This document shows positions 1 through 9,305 of a stretch of DNA of 24,036 nucleotides, in pieces. Source of the DNA: an uncultured Christensenella sp. (GTDB lineage: Bacteria; Bacillota; Clostridia; Christensenellales; DTU072). The position numbers and the translations under genes were made by a program. How positions within the stretch are numbered: the stretch's first letter is position 1; every line of letters begins with the position of its first letter. The notes under the pieces are model-generated. The model saw only the letters and a list, made by a program, of their open reading frames with translations. It searched no databases and was not told the DNA's origin. The stretch lies in contig CAZVHD010000001.1 in the NCBI GenBank assembly GCA_964626765.1, forward strand, positions 1-24,036. Direction: 5' to 3'.

Positions 1-4
1 CACC

Positions 5-349
5 TCACTCTTCCAGCATATACTTCAAAGCCAACATACTTGACACACACTTTAAGGGTATAGTAAATGCGATGCCTGTATTTGGCTTTTGTAAATGCAA
101 TTTTTCTTTGATTTTTTGCATTATTTCCTTTATCTTTTCGTTTGGCACCACCGTGAAAATAATATCTCTTTTAGAGTCTTCAAGTCCAAAATATGTCTGC
201 ACATCTGTTGACGCTGTTCCCGTGCCATAAGTTGCGAATTGGCATCCTAAAGCATACTCATTGAGTATCTTAATCACTTTTTTTCCTTTTCCTCTGTCCA
301 CGATGACAGTAATCATCTTGACAGGTTTTGGTACGCAGAGTTCTTCCAT
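5..349 (-). CDS. PII-like (GlnB-superfamily) small regulatory protein, DUF1538-associated type
   Basis: 114 aa. Shows PII-fold hallmarks: N-terminal 'MITVIVDRGKG', 'GTGTAS' at the T-loop base and a B-loop-like 'PNTGIAFTIP'. It lies 20 nt downstream of a DUF1538 gene, the usual pairing. A GAGGTG Shine-Dalgarno-like motif (+ strand 1-6) overlaps its TGA stop, suggesting a coupled gene beyond the left edge. Confidence 0.8.
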   Translation of the reverse strand: MEELCVPKPVKMITVIVDRGKGKKVIKILNEYALGCQFATYGTGTASTDVQTYFGLEDSKRDIIFTVVPNEKIKEIMQKIKEKLHLQKPNTGIAFTIPLKCVSSMLALKYMLEE

Positions 350-369
350 AATTTACTCCTTATGATTGT

Positions 370-1896
370 TTATTCTTTTACTATATCTATATCCACAGGC
401 TCTTCATCTTGTTTTTGTTTATCGTCTATCAGTTGTTTTTTTCCTACCTTGTTGAGCTTTATCTTATAGACCAATCCAAATACCTGAACACTCATAAGCG
501 GTGTCATCGCCACCATTGCCACAACTCCAAAAGCGTCTGTCAATAGGTCTCCTCCCACAGCAAGGTTCGCCCCCATGGCAAATGGCAGTATAAATGTGGC
601 TGTCATGGGTCCGGAAGCCACTCCTCCTGAGTCAAAGGCTATTGATGTAAAGATGGAAGGCACTAAGAAACTAAGAGTTAAGGCTATAATATATCCGGGA
701 ATTAGAAAGTAAAAAACGCTTATGCCAGTAAGCACTCTTACCATTGAAATCCCTATGGAAAAAGCAACACCGATTGTCAACGCCACAATCATTACTTTTT
801 GGGATATAGCGCCGCCGGTAACATCCTCAACCTGATTTGTCAATATATGTATGGCGGGTTCGGCAAGAACCACCACTCCTCCCATCAACATTCCAATGGG
901 CACAAGAATCCAATTATAGGACTTTTCCGCAAGCATGCCTCCAATAATCCTTCCCGCCGGCAAAAATCCCACATTTACTGCAGTTAGAAATATAGAAAGC
1001 CCTACATAAGTATAGATTATACCAATAATAATTCTGATGATGGCTGTTTTGGGCAATTTGAGAAGGAATATCTGAAAAATAAAAAAACAAATAAGAATAG
1101 GTATCAAGGCGATTGCAACTTCCAATAAATAATGGGGGAAAACTTTAATGTATTCCATTGTAATAGCTGAAAATCCGTTCAAATTGGAATAATCATTAAA
1201 TTCAATATTGCTCTCAGGGCTATAAAAAAAACCAAGTATTAATACTGCGAGTATCGGGCCTATTGAGCAAAGCGCTATCATCCCAAAGCTGTCTTCATTA
1301 CTGGATTTACCACCCCTTACTGCGGCAAGACCAATGCCCAACGCCAAAATAAAAGGAACACTAACCGGACCGGTCGTCACTCCTCCGGCATCAAAAGCCA
1401 CAGCAATAAAATCCTCTTTCACAAATAGCGCCACAATAAAAATTATACTATATAAAACTACAAGCATATATTTGAGTTTTATCTTAAAAAGAGATTTCAA
1501 AACAAAAAGCAATAAAAAAATTCCCACCCCAAAAGCTACACTTATTATTAGCAATAATCTAGGGATAGCGTATACCTGATTTGCCAAAACCTGAAGATCA
1601 GGCTCAGCTATTGTTATAAGAAATCCCATGAGAAAAAATACAGCTAGAATAACCCATAACTTTTTGCTTTCCGAAAGACCGGCTGACATACTCTCCCCCA
1701 TGGGCATCATCGCCATATCCGCGCCCAAGGTAAATAAGCTAATTCCAATAAAAAGAAAAAAAGCGCCGCTTAAAAACAACGCCAGTATTGAAATATTCAT
1801 CTTTAAGAAAGAAAAATTGATAATTAAAACAATTATAGTGATTGGTAAAATCGCAAATATAGCTTCTTTAACTTTTTTCTTAAGATTTTTTCTCAA
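370..1896 (-). CDS. DUF1538 family polytopic membrane protein (two fused DUF1538 repeats)
   Basis: 508 aa, highly hydrophobic. Two homologous halves each carry 'AEP', 'IAFDxGGVxxGPxxxxFIL' and 'FGxxAxxxxxP'. TTG start with AAAGGTGA upstream. Confidence 0.9.
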   Translation of the reverse strand: MRKNLKKKVKEAIFAILPITIIVLIINFSFLKMNISILALFLSGAFFLFIGISLFTLGADMAMMPMGESMSAGLSESKKLWVILAVFFLMGFLITIAEPDLQVLANQVYAIPRLLLIISVAFGVGIFLLLFVLKSLFKIKLKYMLVVLYSIIFIVALFVKEDFIAVAFDAGGVTTGPVSVPFILALGIGLAAVRGGKSSNEDSFGMIALCSIGPILAVLILGFFYSPESNIEFNDYSNLNGFSAITMEYIKVFPHYLLEVAIALIPILICFFIFQIFLLKLPKTAIIRIIIGIIYTYVGLSIFLTAVNVGFLPAGRIIGGMLAEKSYNWILVPIGMLMGGVVVLAEPAIHILTNQVEDVTGGAISQKVMIVALTIGVAFSIGISMVRVLTGISVFYFLIPGYIIALTLSFLVPSIFTSIAFDSGGVASGPMTATFILPFAMGANLAVGGDLLTDAFGVVAMVAMTPLMSVQVFGLVYKIKLNKVGKKQLIDDKQKQDEEPVDIDIVKE

Positions 1897-1913
1897 TATA
1901 TATCACCTTTATA

Positions 1914-2837
1914 TTAATCTAAAATCTGATATCTTGTTTCTGTGATAATTCTTACATTTGCAAGCAGTCCGTCCGGCATATAGTCTAACAAATCTATTGA
2001 TTGTTTTCCTACAATAGGAACATCCACTTCTATTTCCTTGTTTTCATATATTTCCAATATGGCTTGAGGAATATCCTCAGACATATCTTCTACTATTACA
2101 TCTAATTCCTGCCAAGGCATATAAAACGATATGTTTTGAGAAGATTTTATTTTATTGGCAAAAAAGGCTCCTTCATAATACACATCGCCTCTTACTCTGC
2201 TAAAATTGGTTTTGGTATCCAACAAATCCCATAAATCAATTTCAATATAATCGGTGAGAGCTAATGACAAGGCATCGACAACATCATTGATAGCGCTTCT
2301 TCCCTCAATATAATAACTACCGCTTTTATCAATAGATAATTTATCTGTGTTATAAAGAATAATTCTGTCTAAACTCAAATCGATATCTTCTACTTGTTCT
2401 TCGCTAAAGCTTGTTTCAAATCCATTAAAGTCCATAAGCCCCTCTTTTTGGGTAACTCTAAAAGTGTTTTCTTCTTGGCTAGTTTCAATTTCTGCCTCAA
2501 GTGACAAAATGTCAATGGACATTCCTTCATAAACAGAAATAAAATTTATTTGATAGTTGGCTGAGATGTTTTCGCCTTCGTAAATCCTTTCGCCTTCAAT
2601 TGTCAAAAGCGTGTCTAAAGTATTTTCATCTTGCCCTAAACTTAAATCTATGGCTATATCGTCATAAGCGGTTTTTCTTATAGCTTCGTCCCATGTCTGT
2701 TGCGCATAAGCAAACCTGACATTAGGAGTATATCTTCTATACAAAAATATGCCCAAAAACACCATTGCGACTACAACTCCCGCCATTATGACACCAATTA
2801 TTGAAAAGATAAAGGCTTTTTTTGTTTTCTTTGTCAT
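1914..2837 (-). CDS. Hypothetical protein with N-terminal membrane anchor and acidic soluble domain
   Basis: 307 aa open frame: basic N-terminus (MTKKTKK), one ~25-aa hydrophobic stretch, then a D/E-rich domain. No family recognised. It ends 17 nt before the DUF1538 start. Confidence 0.75.
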   Translation of the reverse strand: MTKKTKKAFIFSIIGVIMAGVVVAMVFLGIFLYRRYTPNVRFAYAQQTWDEAIRKTAYDDIAIDLSLGQDENTLDTLLTIEGERIYEGENISANYQINFISVYEGMSIDILSLEAEIETSQEENTFRVTQKEGLMDFNGFETSFSEEQVEDIDLSLDRIILYNTDKLSIDKSGSYYIEGRSAINDVVDALSLALTDYIEIDLWDLLDTKTNFSRVRGDVYYEGAFFANKIKSSQNISFYMPWQELDVIVEDMSEDIPQAILEIYENKEIEVDVPIVGKQSIDLLDYMPDGLLANVRIITETRYQILD

Positions 2838-2879
2838 ATAGATACTCTCTTACTGTATTTTATATATCTATTATATACC

Positions 2880-2907
2880 AAAAAGCCCCTAATTTATAGG
2901 GGCTTTT
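2880..2907 (-). terminator. Intrinsic (rho-independent) terminator, possibly bidirectional
   Basis: Perfect 11-bp inverted repeat AAAAGCCCCTA (2881-2891) / TAGGGGCTTTT (2897-2907) with a 5-nt loop and A/T tracts on both flanks. It lies 15 nt past the stop at 2923. Confidence 0.8.
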
Positions 2908-2922
2908 CGTATAATTGTCTTA

Positions 2923-4227
2923 TTATTTACTTAAAAAATCTTTTTCAGAGTATCTTTTTGTGACTTTGTTTTGGGAATCCTCTAAAAGCTGAGAGTTTAT
3001 CTTATCAAAATCCAGTCTGTTTACACCTTGTGTTATGACAACATAACTGGGATCATAAGGTTTGTAATGTTCAAGAGAAAGGTCATTTCTATCAAGTATG
3101 GAATGCTGAAAATTGTCTTCTTTCTTTTCAGACGCCTCTTTCTTATATGTTTTTTCTGCGTCGCTATCTCTTAAGAGCCCTATCGCGAATGTGGTTATCA
3201 TTAATACTCCGGCGAATATAAGGAAAAGTTTCCTGACTGCAAAGAATGCGGTTATTGCATAAATCAAACCATTGCTGTCCAACCATGCCATGCTTTGATA
3301 ATCCAATACTCCTCTGAACTCGTTAGACGGTGTAAGCGTCAAAACCGTACCGTCATTAAGCTTAATATATACGGGTGACCCTAAGATAGCCTCATCCTCG
3401 ACGGCCGTGGAAACCGATTCAAGCATATCATTAATTGTTGCTTGTATAAGTGTCAGCGTGCCAATAAGATTTTCGGGTATGACATTCATGCCCTCGGGCC
3501 CAAGGTCAAACTCCATAGGCTCTCCCAACATATCCAATACGGACCATAATACAGGGTCGTCTAGCATAACAGTTTCATCCCCTTCTTCTTCTGTCTGAGG
3601 GAAAGGTACTCCTTCGGTATCTCTTTGGTTAATGACTAAATGGACAAGAGCAGGGATAGTAAGTCTTTCGTCGTTTGCCATATCAATCCAAGGTCCCACA
3701 AATGTTACATAGCCGTCTTTATCAATGCTCTCAAAATGTTGTTTGAGAAGTTCCATAACCTCTTCGTTTTGAGCTCCATCTTGAAGATACTGTTCTAGAC
3801 TTTGTTCTCTGAGATTTCCATTGGCGTGATTTCTTCTGATGTATTCGTCAAGCAATTCTTTGTTTATATCTGCTCTTGAATTGAAATCATCGGCCAAATC
3901 CTCATAGAATATTGTACCGCTTGTTGCATCATCTAAAAAGTCGGGCAAAGCCACATCAACAGCTACCCAAAGACCGCCAAGACATATAAATGCCACAAGT
4001 ATTGATACGATTGTCTGTTTATAAATTGTCTTTTTCTTTCTTTTTGCCATTATGCCGAATACCAAATAATAAATAATCGCCATAACAACCGTTACTATTA
4101 CGCCTACAAAAACCATCACACCATAACTGATACCCGTTTCTATAACATTATAACTTTCGAGCACAACTAAAGCTATGAGCAACGGAAAGCCAGCCAAATG
4201 AAGCAAAACTTGTAAAAACTTTTTCAT
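2923..4227 (-). CDS. Hypothetical membrane protein (3 N-terminal TM + acidic domain + C-terminal TM), paralogue of 4229-5623
   Basis: 434 aa. GGAGG RBS lies inside the end of the upstream ORF, with a 1-nt gap between stop and start. Hydrophobic segments are visible by eye. It shares 'GFPLLIA' and 'FAxRxxxxxFAG' with its neighbour. Confidence 0.8.
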   Translation of the reverse strand: MKKFLQVLLHLAGFPLLIALVVLESYNVIETGISYGVMVFVGVIVTVVMAIIYYLVFGIMAKRKKKTIYKQTIVSILVAFICLGGLWVAVDVALPDFLDDATSGTIFYEDLADDFNSRADINKELLDEYIRRNHANGNLREQSLEQYLQDGAQNEEVMELLKQHFESIDKDGYVTFVGPWIDMANDERLTIPALVHLVINQRDTEGVPFPQTEEEGDETVMLDDPVLWSVLDMLGEPMEFDLGPEGMNVIPENLIGTLTLIQATINDMLESVSTAVEDEAILGSPVYIKLNDGTVLTLTPSNEFRGVLDYQSMAWLDSNGLIYAITAFFAVRKLFLIFAGVLMITTFAIGLLRDSDAEKTYKKEASEKKEDNFQHSILDRNDLSLEHYKPYDPSYVVITQGVNRLDFDKINSQLLEDSQNKVTKRYSEKDFLSK

Positions 4228-4228
4228 T

Positions 4229-5623
4229 TTATTTACCCTCCATTGTCAAAGTCGCAAACAGCTCTTTTTCCTTTTCGGCAAAGTGATATGCAAGCACTGC
4301 GCTCAAACCTATGATACCTGCAAATACATATAGATATCTTCTTGCCGCAAAAAGAGGATAGAATTGTGGTTTATAAGATAAATCAGCTCTTAACTGATAA
4401 AGCTCTTCAAGAGAATATCCCATCTCTGCGGGGAAGCCAGTGTTTTCCATATCCACATTTCCAATTTGAGAGCCTATGAGCACCGAACCTATTTTTGCTC
4501 CATGAATTGTCGCATAATAATCAGCATATGCGTATTCTCTTAGCGTATCGTTTTCGATAAATTCAAATATAGGTGTTGTCTTAGGGGATTGGTAGAATGA
4601 AAAGCCTTTGAGTAGTTCCATAAGGTCATCTGAAGTAATCGGCTCTTCAAAAAGCTCCATATCATTGATTATGGTAACTATTGTGTCCACATCAAGGTTT
4701 TCGTTTATGTATCCAAGTAAAGGCACAAACTCACTCATTCCAATAAGGTTAAGCGCAGCGGGGAGTCCCGCTACATCATCTTCCAATTCTCTTCCCAAAG
4801 TGCTTAATATAGCGTTGAGCCTATCAAGAGAAAGCATATATTTATAGGCCTCGCCATCCACACCATAGGCATCCTGATATTCGTCAGTCTGCTTATATTG
4901 GCTCCAATCAGACAAAGGATTATTCTCTAAGGCTGCAATGGCTCCCTGTAATTCCTCATCTGCGTCTTTGCCTTCGGCTTTATAATGTTCTTGAGTTTCA
5001 TGATAAGTGATTAATATATCCAAAGCTTGTTGCATTCCAAATATGTATCCGTCGGCAAACATTCCGTTGGGGCTGTAATATGCGTCATCTTCCTCGCTAT
5101 ATTCCACCTCAGAAAGGTCTGTGTTCTGACTTCCATAATTTTCAGACTTAAAGCTTATGTTGTACATATTCATAAAATCCGCCACCTTGTCATTAAATTC
5201 TGTAGTCATGCTTGTTTTATCGGATGTCAAAGTAGAAAACCAGTTTACCTGATATTCATAGTTCTCAATAGTGACATCATATTCCTGATTATCTTCTTCA
5301 AGTTCTTCAAACTTCTGACCCATATATGCGTCAACTAAGATAGCGCTTGCTAAGACCAATCCCACCGCTACAATTAGGGCGAACATCGTTCTTGCTTTTT
5401 GGCCTTTTGCAAAAAAAGAAAACACTATCTGAAACAAAGTAACCACAATCCATAAAGCTATAACTGCGGCCAGTCCGTACCACCAGGTATTCTCGAAAGC
5501 GCTCTCTCCTATAAAGGCCAACGAGCATACAAAAACCATAGCGATAAGAAGGGGAAACCCTATCAGATAGGAAATTGTTTTCATTCTTCGATAACATGAA
5601 AGTTTTCTTTTAACTTTATTCAT
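4229..5623 (-). CDS. Hypothetical membrane protein (3 N-terminal TM + acidic domain + C-terminal TM)
   Basis: 464 aa. AAGGAG lies 12 nt upstream of the ATG, with a SigA-type promoter further upstream. Same predicted topology as 2923-4227. Confidence 0.8.
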   Translation of the reverse strand: MNKVKRKLSCYRRMKTISYLIGFPLLIAMVFVCSLAFIGESAFENTWWYGLAAVIALWIVVTLFQIVFSFFAKGQKARTMFALIVAVGLVLASAILVDAYMGQKFEELEEDNQEYDVTIENYEYQVNWFSTLTSDKTSMTTEFNDKVADFMNMYNISFKSENYGSQNTDLSEVEYSEEDDAYYSPNGMFADGYIFGMQQALDILITYHETQEHYKAEGKDADEELQGAIAALENNPLSDWSQYKQTDEYQDAYGVDGEAYKYMLSLDRLNAILSTLGRELEDDVAGLPAALNLIGMSEFVPLLGYINENLDVDTIVTIINDMELFEEPITSDDLMELLKGFSFYQSPKTTPIFEFIENDTLREYAYADYYATIHGAKIGSVLIGSQIGNVDMENTGFPAEMGYSLEELYQLRADLSYKPQFYPLFAARRYLYVFAGIIGLSAVLAYHFAEKEKELFATLTMEGK

Positions 5624-5661
5624 TGAAATACCAATCTCCTTAAATTAAAATTACTATGACC

Positions 5662-5691
5662 ATTATACAATGGCGCGCGCTTTTAAGTCAA
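5662..5691 (-). promoter_or_regulatory. SigA-type promoter for the membrane-protein pair
   Basis: Minus strand reads TTGACT-N18-TATAAT, about 40 nt upstream of the ATG at 5623. Confidence 0.65.
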
Positions 5692-5745
5692 GAGGCAAAT
5701 ATTATAATTATTACTAATATATTATTAATAAAAATTAAAGTAATA

Positions 5746-5775
5746 TTGACGACAATGATAAGCTGGTGCTATACT
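5746..5775 (+). promoter_or_regulatory. SigA-type promoter with extended -10 for the InlB-repeat lipoprotein
   Basis: TTGACG (5746-5751)-N18-TATACT (5770-5775), with TG at 5767-5768 (TGn extension). It places transcription start downstream of the ORF-track start at 5766. Confidence 0.65.
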
Positions 5776-5807
5776 TGAAATGTAACAAACCATTGCGAGG
5801 CCTTTTT

Positions 5808-8800
5808 ATGAAAAAGATATTGCTCTTATTAGTAATACTACTATTTATGCTTGCAGCTTTTACAGCATGTTCAAATGATGATATAACCATCAATTTTTAT
5901 GCTGACGATGAGCTATTAGAATCTGTTGTTTTAGATTCCGAGTCCTCGATCCCTGATATAAATCCCCCAAACAAAGAAGGATATGTTTTTGAAGGGTGGT
6001 ATACCGATAAAAATTTTTCCAATGAATTTAATCCAAGCCAAGAAATAGAACAAAGCCTTAACCTATATGCAAAATACAGCTTAAAAACCTATACCGTCAC
6101 CTTCTCCTCAGAAGAATCTGAGGATATAACAAGAACCGTCAACCATGGACAAAGCCTTACAGATATTCCTCAAGTTCCCCAAAAGGAAGGTTACATAGGA
6201 GCTTGGGAACAGGCTGATCTTAACTCAATCACCTCGGATTTGACAATAAACGCAATTTACACCATAAAGGAGTATACTGTCACCTTCCGCGCTTCCGGTT
6301 TTGACGACATAATAAAAACCGTAGATCATAACGATACGCTTACAGACATACCACAGGTGCCACAAAAAGAAGGAAAAACAGGGCAATGGGATCGGGATGA
6401 TTTCACTATGATTACTGAAGATATTGTTGTTAATGCAGTTTACACTGATATAATGATTACCGTCAATTTCATTTCCCAATTGGGGGAGCAGACTCATCTT
6501 GAAACAGTGGAAATACTTTATAATGACAGCATAACCTCATCTCAAGAACCTGAACCATACATTTATGAGGGTCATTACGCCAGGTGGGAAGAAAAAGACC
6601 TTTCCAACCTCAAAGAAGATATTGATGTTTACGCCGTCTATACACCGTTCACATATGATATATCTTTTTACAACTGGGAAAACACGCTTTTAACTGTTAT
6701 TGAAACGCATTATGGCGATATCCTCGCCGACACCATCGCAAATTCGGATTTAGACGAGTCGCTTAAAAATGAACTATTAGACCCTGAGGTGCCCTCGCAC
6801 CTCAATGACCCAATAAATACCAATTTTCGATACGGAAACAAATCGCATGATGCCGATATTTATACTCCCGTAACCATAGAAACAAACTATACATTAATCT
6901 ATGATTCAACAATAAAGATAACTATTTTCGCAAATGGCGGAGAGCTAGCTGATACAATAGATTTTACAGACGGAGAGGAAAAAGAAGTTACAGCGGGTTT
7001 CTCACCGTATAATCTTGAAGTTAAACAAAGATATGGATATGAATTCATGGGTTGGTACACAGCAGATGATTATGACCCAGACTCATTTCCCGATACCGCC
7101 GAATTAACTGAAATGAATATCATGAGTCCTCTTTATGAAAACACTATGATAATCGCTGAATGGGAAAAGATTTATATAAATGTATCATTTCCGGACATAG
7201 ATGGCATAACCTTTCTTATTGACGAGACAGCATTCCCTGACGGTGGAATTGAAATCATAGAATTTGGAGCAAATATCTCCTTCACGATAGACACACAAAC
7301 AAATATCCAACAAATCATAGCTAACACAGAGGAGCTAAATCAAAACCAAGATGTCTACACATTAAATCAGGTGGAACAAAACACCGTTATTTCAGTCAAA
7401 ACTGCGGATATAGATGTACATACCTTACGCTTCTTTAACGAAGATAGAATGAGCCTGCTTCATACTTACAAAATAAACCATAACCAAATCTTAACAATAA
7501 TACCCGACATTCCCAGCATCTATGGAGCTCATGGGCAATGGGTAAGCGACCTTGAGGGATATACCTTTGAAACACCCGTAACTCAGGATATTGATTTTGA
7601 ATTATTCTATGAATATTCATACTATCCGGTGTACTATCACTTCCATTATGACAGTTCTTATGAACACGAAACAGTCCAATATGGCGACACTTCTTTCCGG
7701 TTTTTATCCCCACCCCCCAGGTCTGGATATCTTTTTGACGGATGGTATGTCAGCCCTCAATTTGTGGAAAGGGCAACTGTCGAATATGTTATTAATATGG
7801 GAAGAAGAGTGAATCTTTACGCAAATTGGGTCGAAGAAAAAGATTATACGCATCCCATTATAGGAAAATGGTATTCTGATAATTTTATTCTACATTTTCA
7901 TGATTCTGGGCTGGTTCAAATAAACGACCATGACCATTTCTTTGAATGCAGTTATGCCATCATTAACGAAAAAATCTTTATTCTTGATAAAGAAATAATA
8001 TTCGACGGCGATTATATTGTCTATGAAGATATGACTTTCGAAAAATCCACTCAGCCGTTAACAATAATAAAATTTACTGATATTGGTTATTACACCATAG
8101 TCGGCGATGAAATACCTTATATTGAAGATATCTTTGAATATTACTGGTATACGGATAATCAAGAATATACGCAAATGTTTGATCTTTATAGTCAAATAGA
8201 TTTTGAACTCATAGATAATAATTTCATACAGCTTTACAAAGATAATAGAAGGCTCGTAAACATAAACTATGACCCCCTGGATGGCAATACTCAATTTAAT
8301 ATATCATCCCAAAATATTTATATAACCTCAAGTAACACCTTTCAATTCTCATACTATGACCAGATAAATGACCTTCCCACAGCATTTTTAGATAATTATC
8401 ATTTTGCAGGCTGGGTCATTTCAGGCACTAAAGTATTAGTGGACAAAAGTTATCTAATAAATAATTATAGAACAAATCTAAATGTGGAGGCTTATTATGT
8501 ACCGCTTAATATAGAGTATCCACAAAATACCTTGGAAGGTTTTTATTATAAATATGATGAGAACGAAAATACCATAATCACTGCTGAATTTTTCGATGAT
8601 GGTTCTTATTGGATATCATTCATAGACGCTTTAGACAATTCGTTTTACAGATACATTCCCCTTTACTATTATTGGTCTGACAACGAATTTTACGACGAGA
8701 ACGATAACCTGATTATTCCCGACGGTGATACCATAACCTTTTTCCTCAACGGACAACAAATTAATATGGAAAAGCCACTGTATGATACTCAAGATTTATA

Positions 8801-9302
8801 TCATTTCTACCCCCTATCAGATGATAAATATGACCTTATTGAATTTGAGCAAAATAACCTCTTAATAAATAGGTCTAAAAAAATAAATGCTGTGCAATTG
8901 GGTTCCCGTTTATACTATATTGACACCCTAGAGTTCATGGAATATGATGAAGAAATATTTATGTTAGAAACTTATGATATTGATGATTTTATTGCCCTAA
9001 ATGACCAGATACCATCTCTTTATCTTGGGTCTTTTGAAGGAGAACTAACCATAACTCCCGATGAAGGAGGAGAAGAGATTCATTATGATATTGAAATAAT
9101 AGTAAACAGTGACAACACAATTCAATTAATATATAATAGCGATAATGGCGAGCAAGAATCAAGCGCTCTTGTCTTTTATTTCAATGAACAACTATACATT
9201 ATTGAATCATATGATAAGTTCTATCTTTGGTATGATGAAAATGAAGATATCTTTATTTTGGACACAATAATCTTTGAGATAGAACTTGTTAAGATTATAT
9301 AA
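5808..9302 (+). CDS. Acidic surface lipoprotein with InlB B-repeat (Listeria-Bacteroides/Flg_new) domains, 1164 aa
   Basis: Start reassigned to ATG 5808: GAGG RBS, signal peptide MKKILLLLVILLFMLAA-FTAC with lipobox Cys21. Repeated 'P.kEGY.F.GWY....f.......l.LYA.' motifs at the N-terminus and mid-protein. The C-terminal third is unassigned. Confidence 0.85.
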   Translation: MKKILLLLVILLFMLAAFTACSNDDITINFYADDELLESVVLDSESSIPDINPPNKEGYVFEGWYTDKNFSNEFNPSQEIEQSLNLYAKYSLKTYTVTFSSEESEDITRTVNHGQSLTDIPQVPQKEGYIGAWEQADLNSITSDLTINAIYTIKEYTVTFRASGFDDIIKTVDHNDTLTDIPQVPQKEGKTGQWDRDDFTMITEDIVVNAVYTDIMITVNFISQLGEQTHLETVEILYNDSITSSQEPEPYIYEGHYARWEEKDLSNLKEDIDVYAVYTPFTYDISFYNWENTLLTVIETHYGDILADTIANSDLDESLKNELLDPEVPSHLNDPINTNFRYGNKSHDADIYTPVTIETNYTLIYDSTIKITIFANGGELADTIDFTDGEEKEVTAGFSPYNLEVKQRYGYEFMGWYTADDYDPDSFPDTAELTEMNIMSPLYENTMIIAEWEKIYINVSFPDIDGITFLIDETAFPDGGIEIIEFGANISFTIDTQTNIQQIIANTEELNQNQDVYTLNQVEQNTVISVKTADIDVHTLRFFNEDRMSLLHTYKINHNQILTIIPDIPSIYGAHGQWVSDLEGYTFETPVTQDIDFELFYEYSYYPVYYHFHYDSSYEHETVQYGDTSFRFLSPPPRSGYLFDGWYVSPQFVERATVEYVINMGRRVNLYANWVEEKDYTHPIIGKWYSDNFILHFHDSGLVQINDHDHFFECSYAIINEKIFILDKEIIFDGDYIVYEDMTFEKSTQPLTIIKFTDIGYYTIVGDEIPYIEDIFEYYWYTDNQEYTQMFDLYSQIDFELIDNNFIQLYKDNRRLVNINYDPLDGNTQFNISSQNIYITSSNTFQFSYYDQINDLPTAFLDNYHFAGWVISGTKVLVDKSYLINNYRTNLNVEAYYVPLNIEYPQNTLEGFYYKYDENENTIITAEFFDDGSYWISFIDALDNSFYRYIPLYYYWSDNEFYDENDNLIIPDGDTITFFLNGQQINMEKPLYDTQDLYHFYPLSDDKYDLIEFEQNNLLINRSKKINAVQLGSRLYYIDTLEFMEYDEEIFMLETYDIDDFIALNDQIPSLYLGSFEGELTITPDEGGEEIHYDIEIIVNSDNTIQLIYNSDNGEQESSALVFYFNEQLYIIESYDKFYLWYDENEDIFILDTIIFEIELVKII
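6090..6455 (+). repeat. Intragenic tandem duplication, 2 x 183 bp (61 aa), with a third degenerate unit following
   Basis: Both units start YTVTF and share LTDIPQVPQKEG exactly at the protein level. Unit starts are 6090 and 6273. Confidence 0.85.
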
Positions 9303-9305
9303 GGC

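Noticed and set aside
5766-5807. ORF-track start at 5766 for the lipoprotein (similarly 10617 for sleB and 11315 for ypeB)
   Set aside because: 5766 overlaps the -10 element and would bury the signal peptide. The downstream ATGs at 5808, 10656 and 11384 have RBSs and give normal N-termini.
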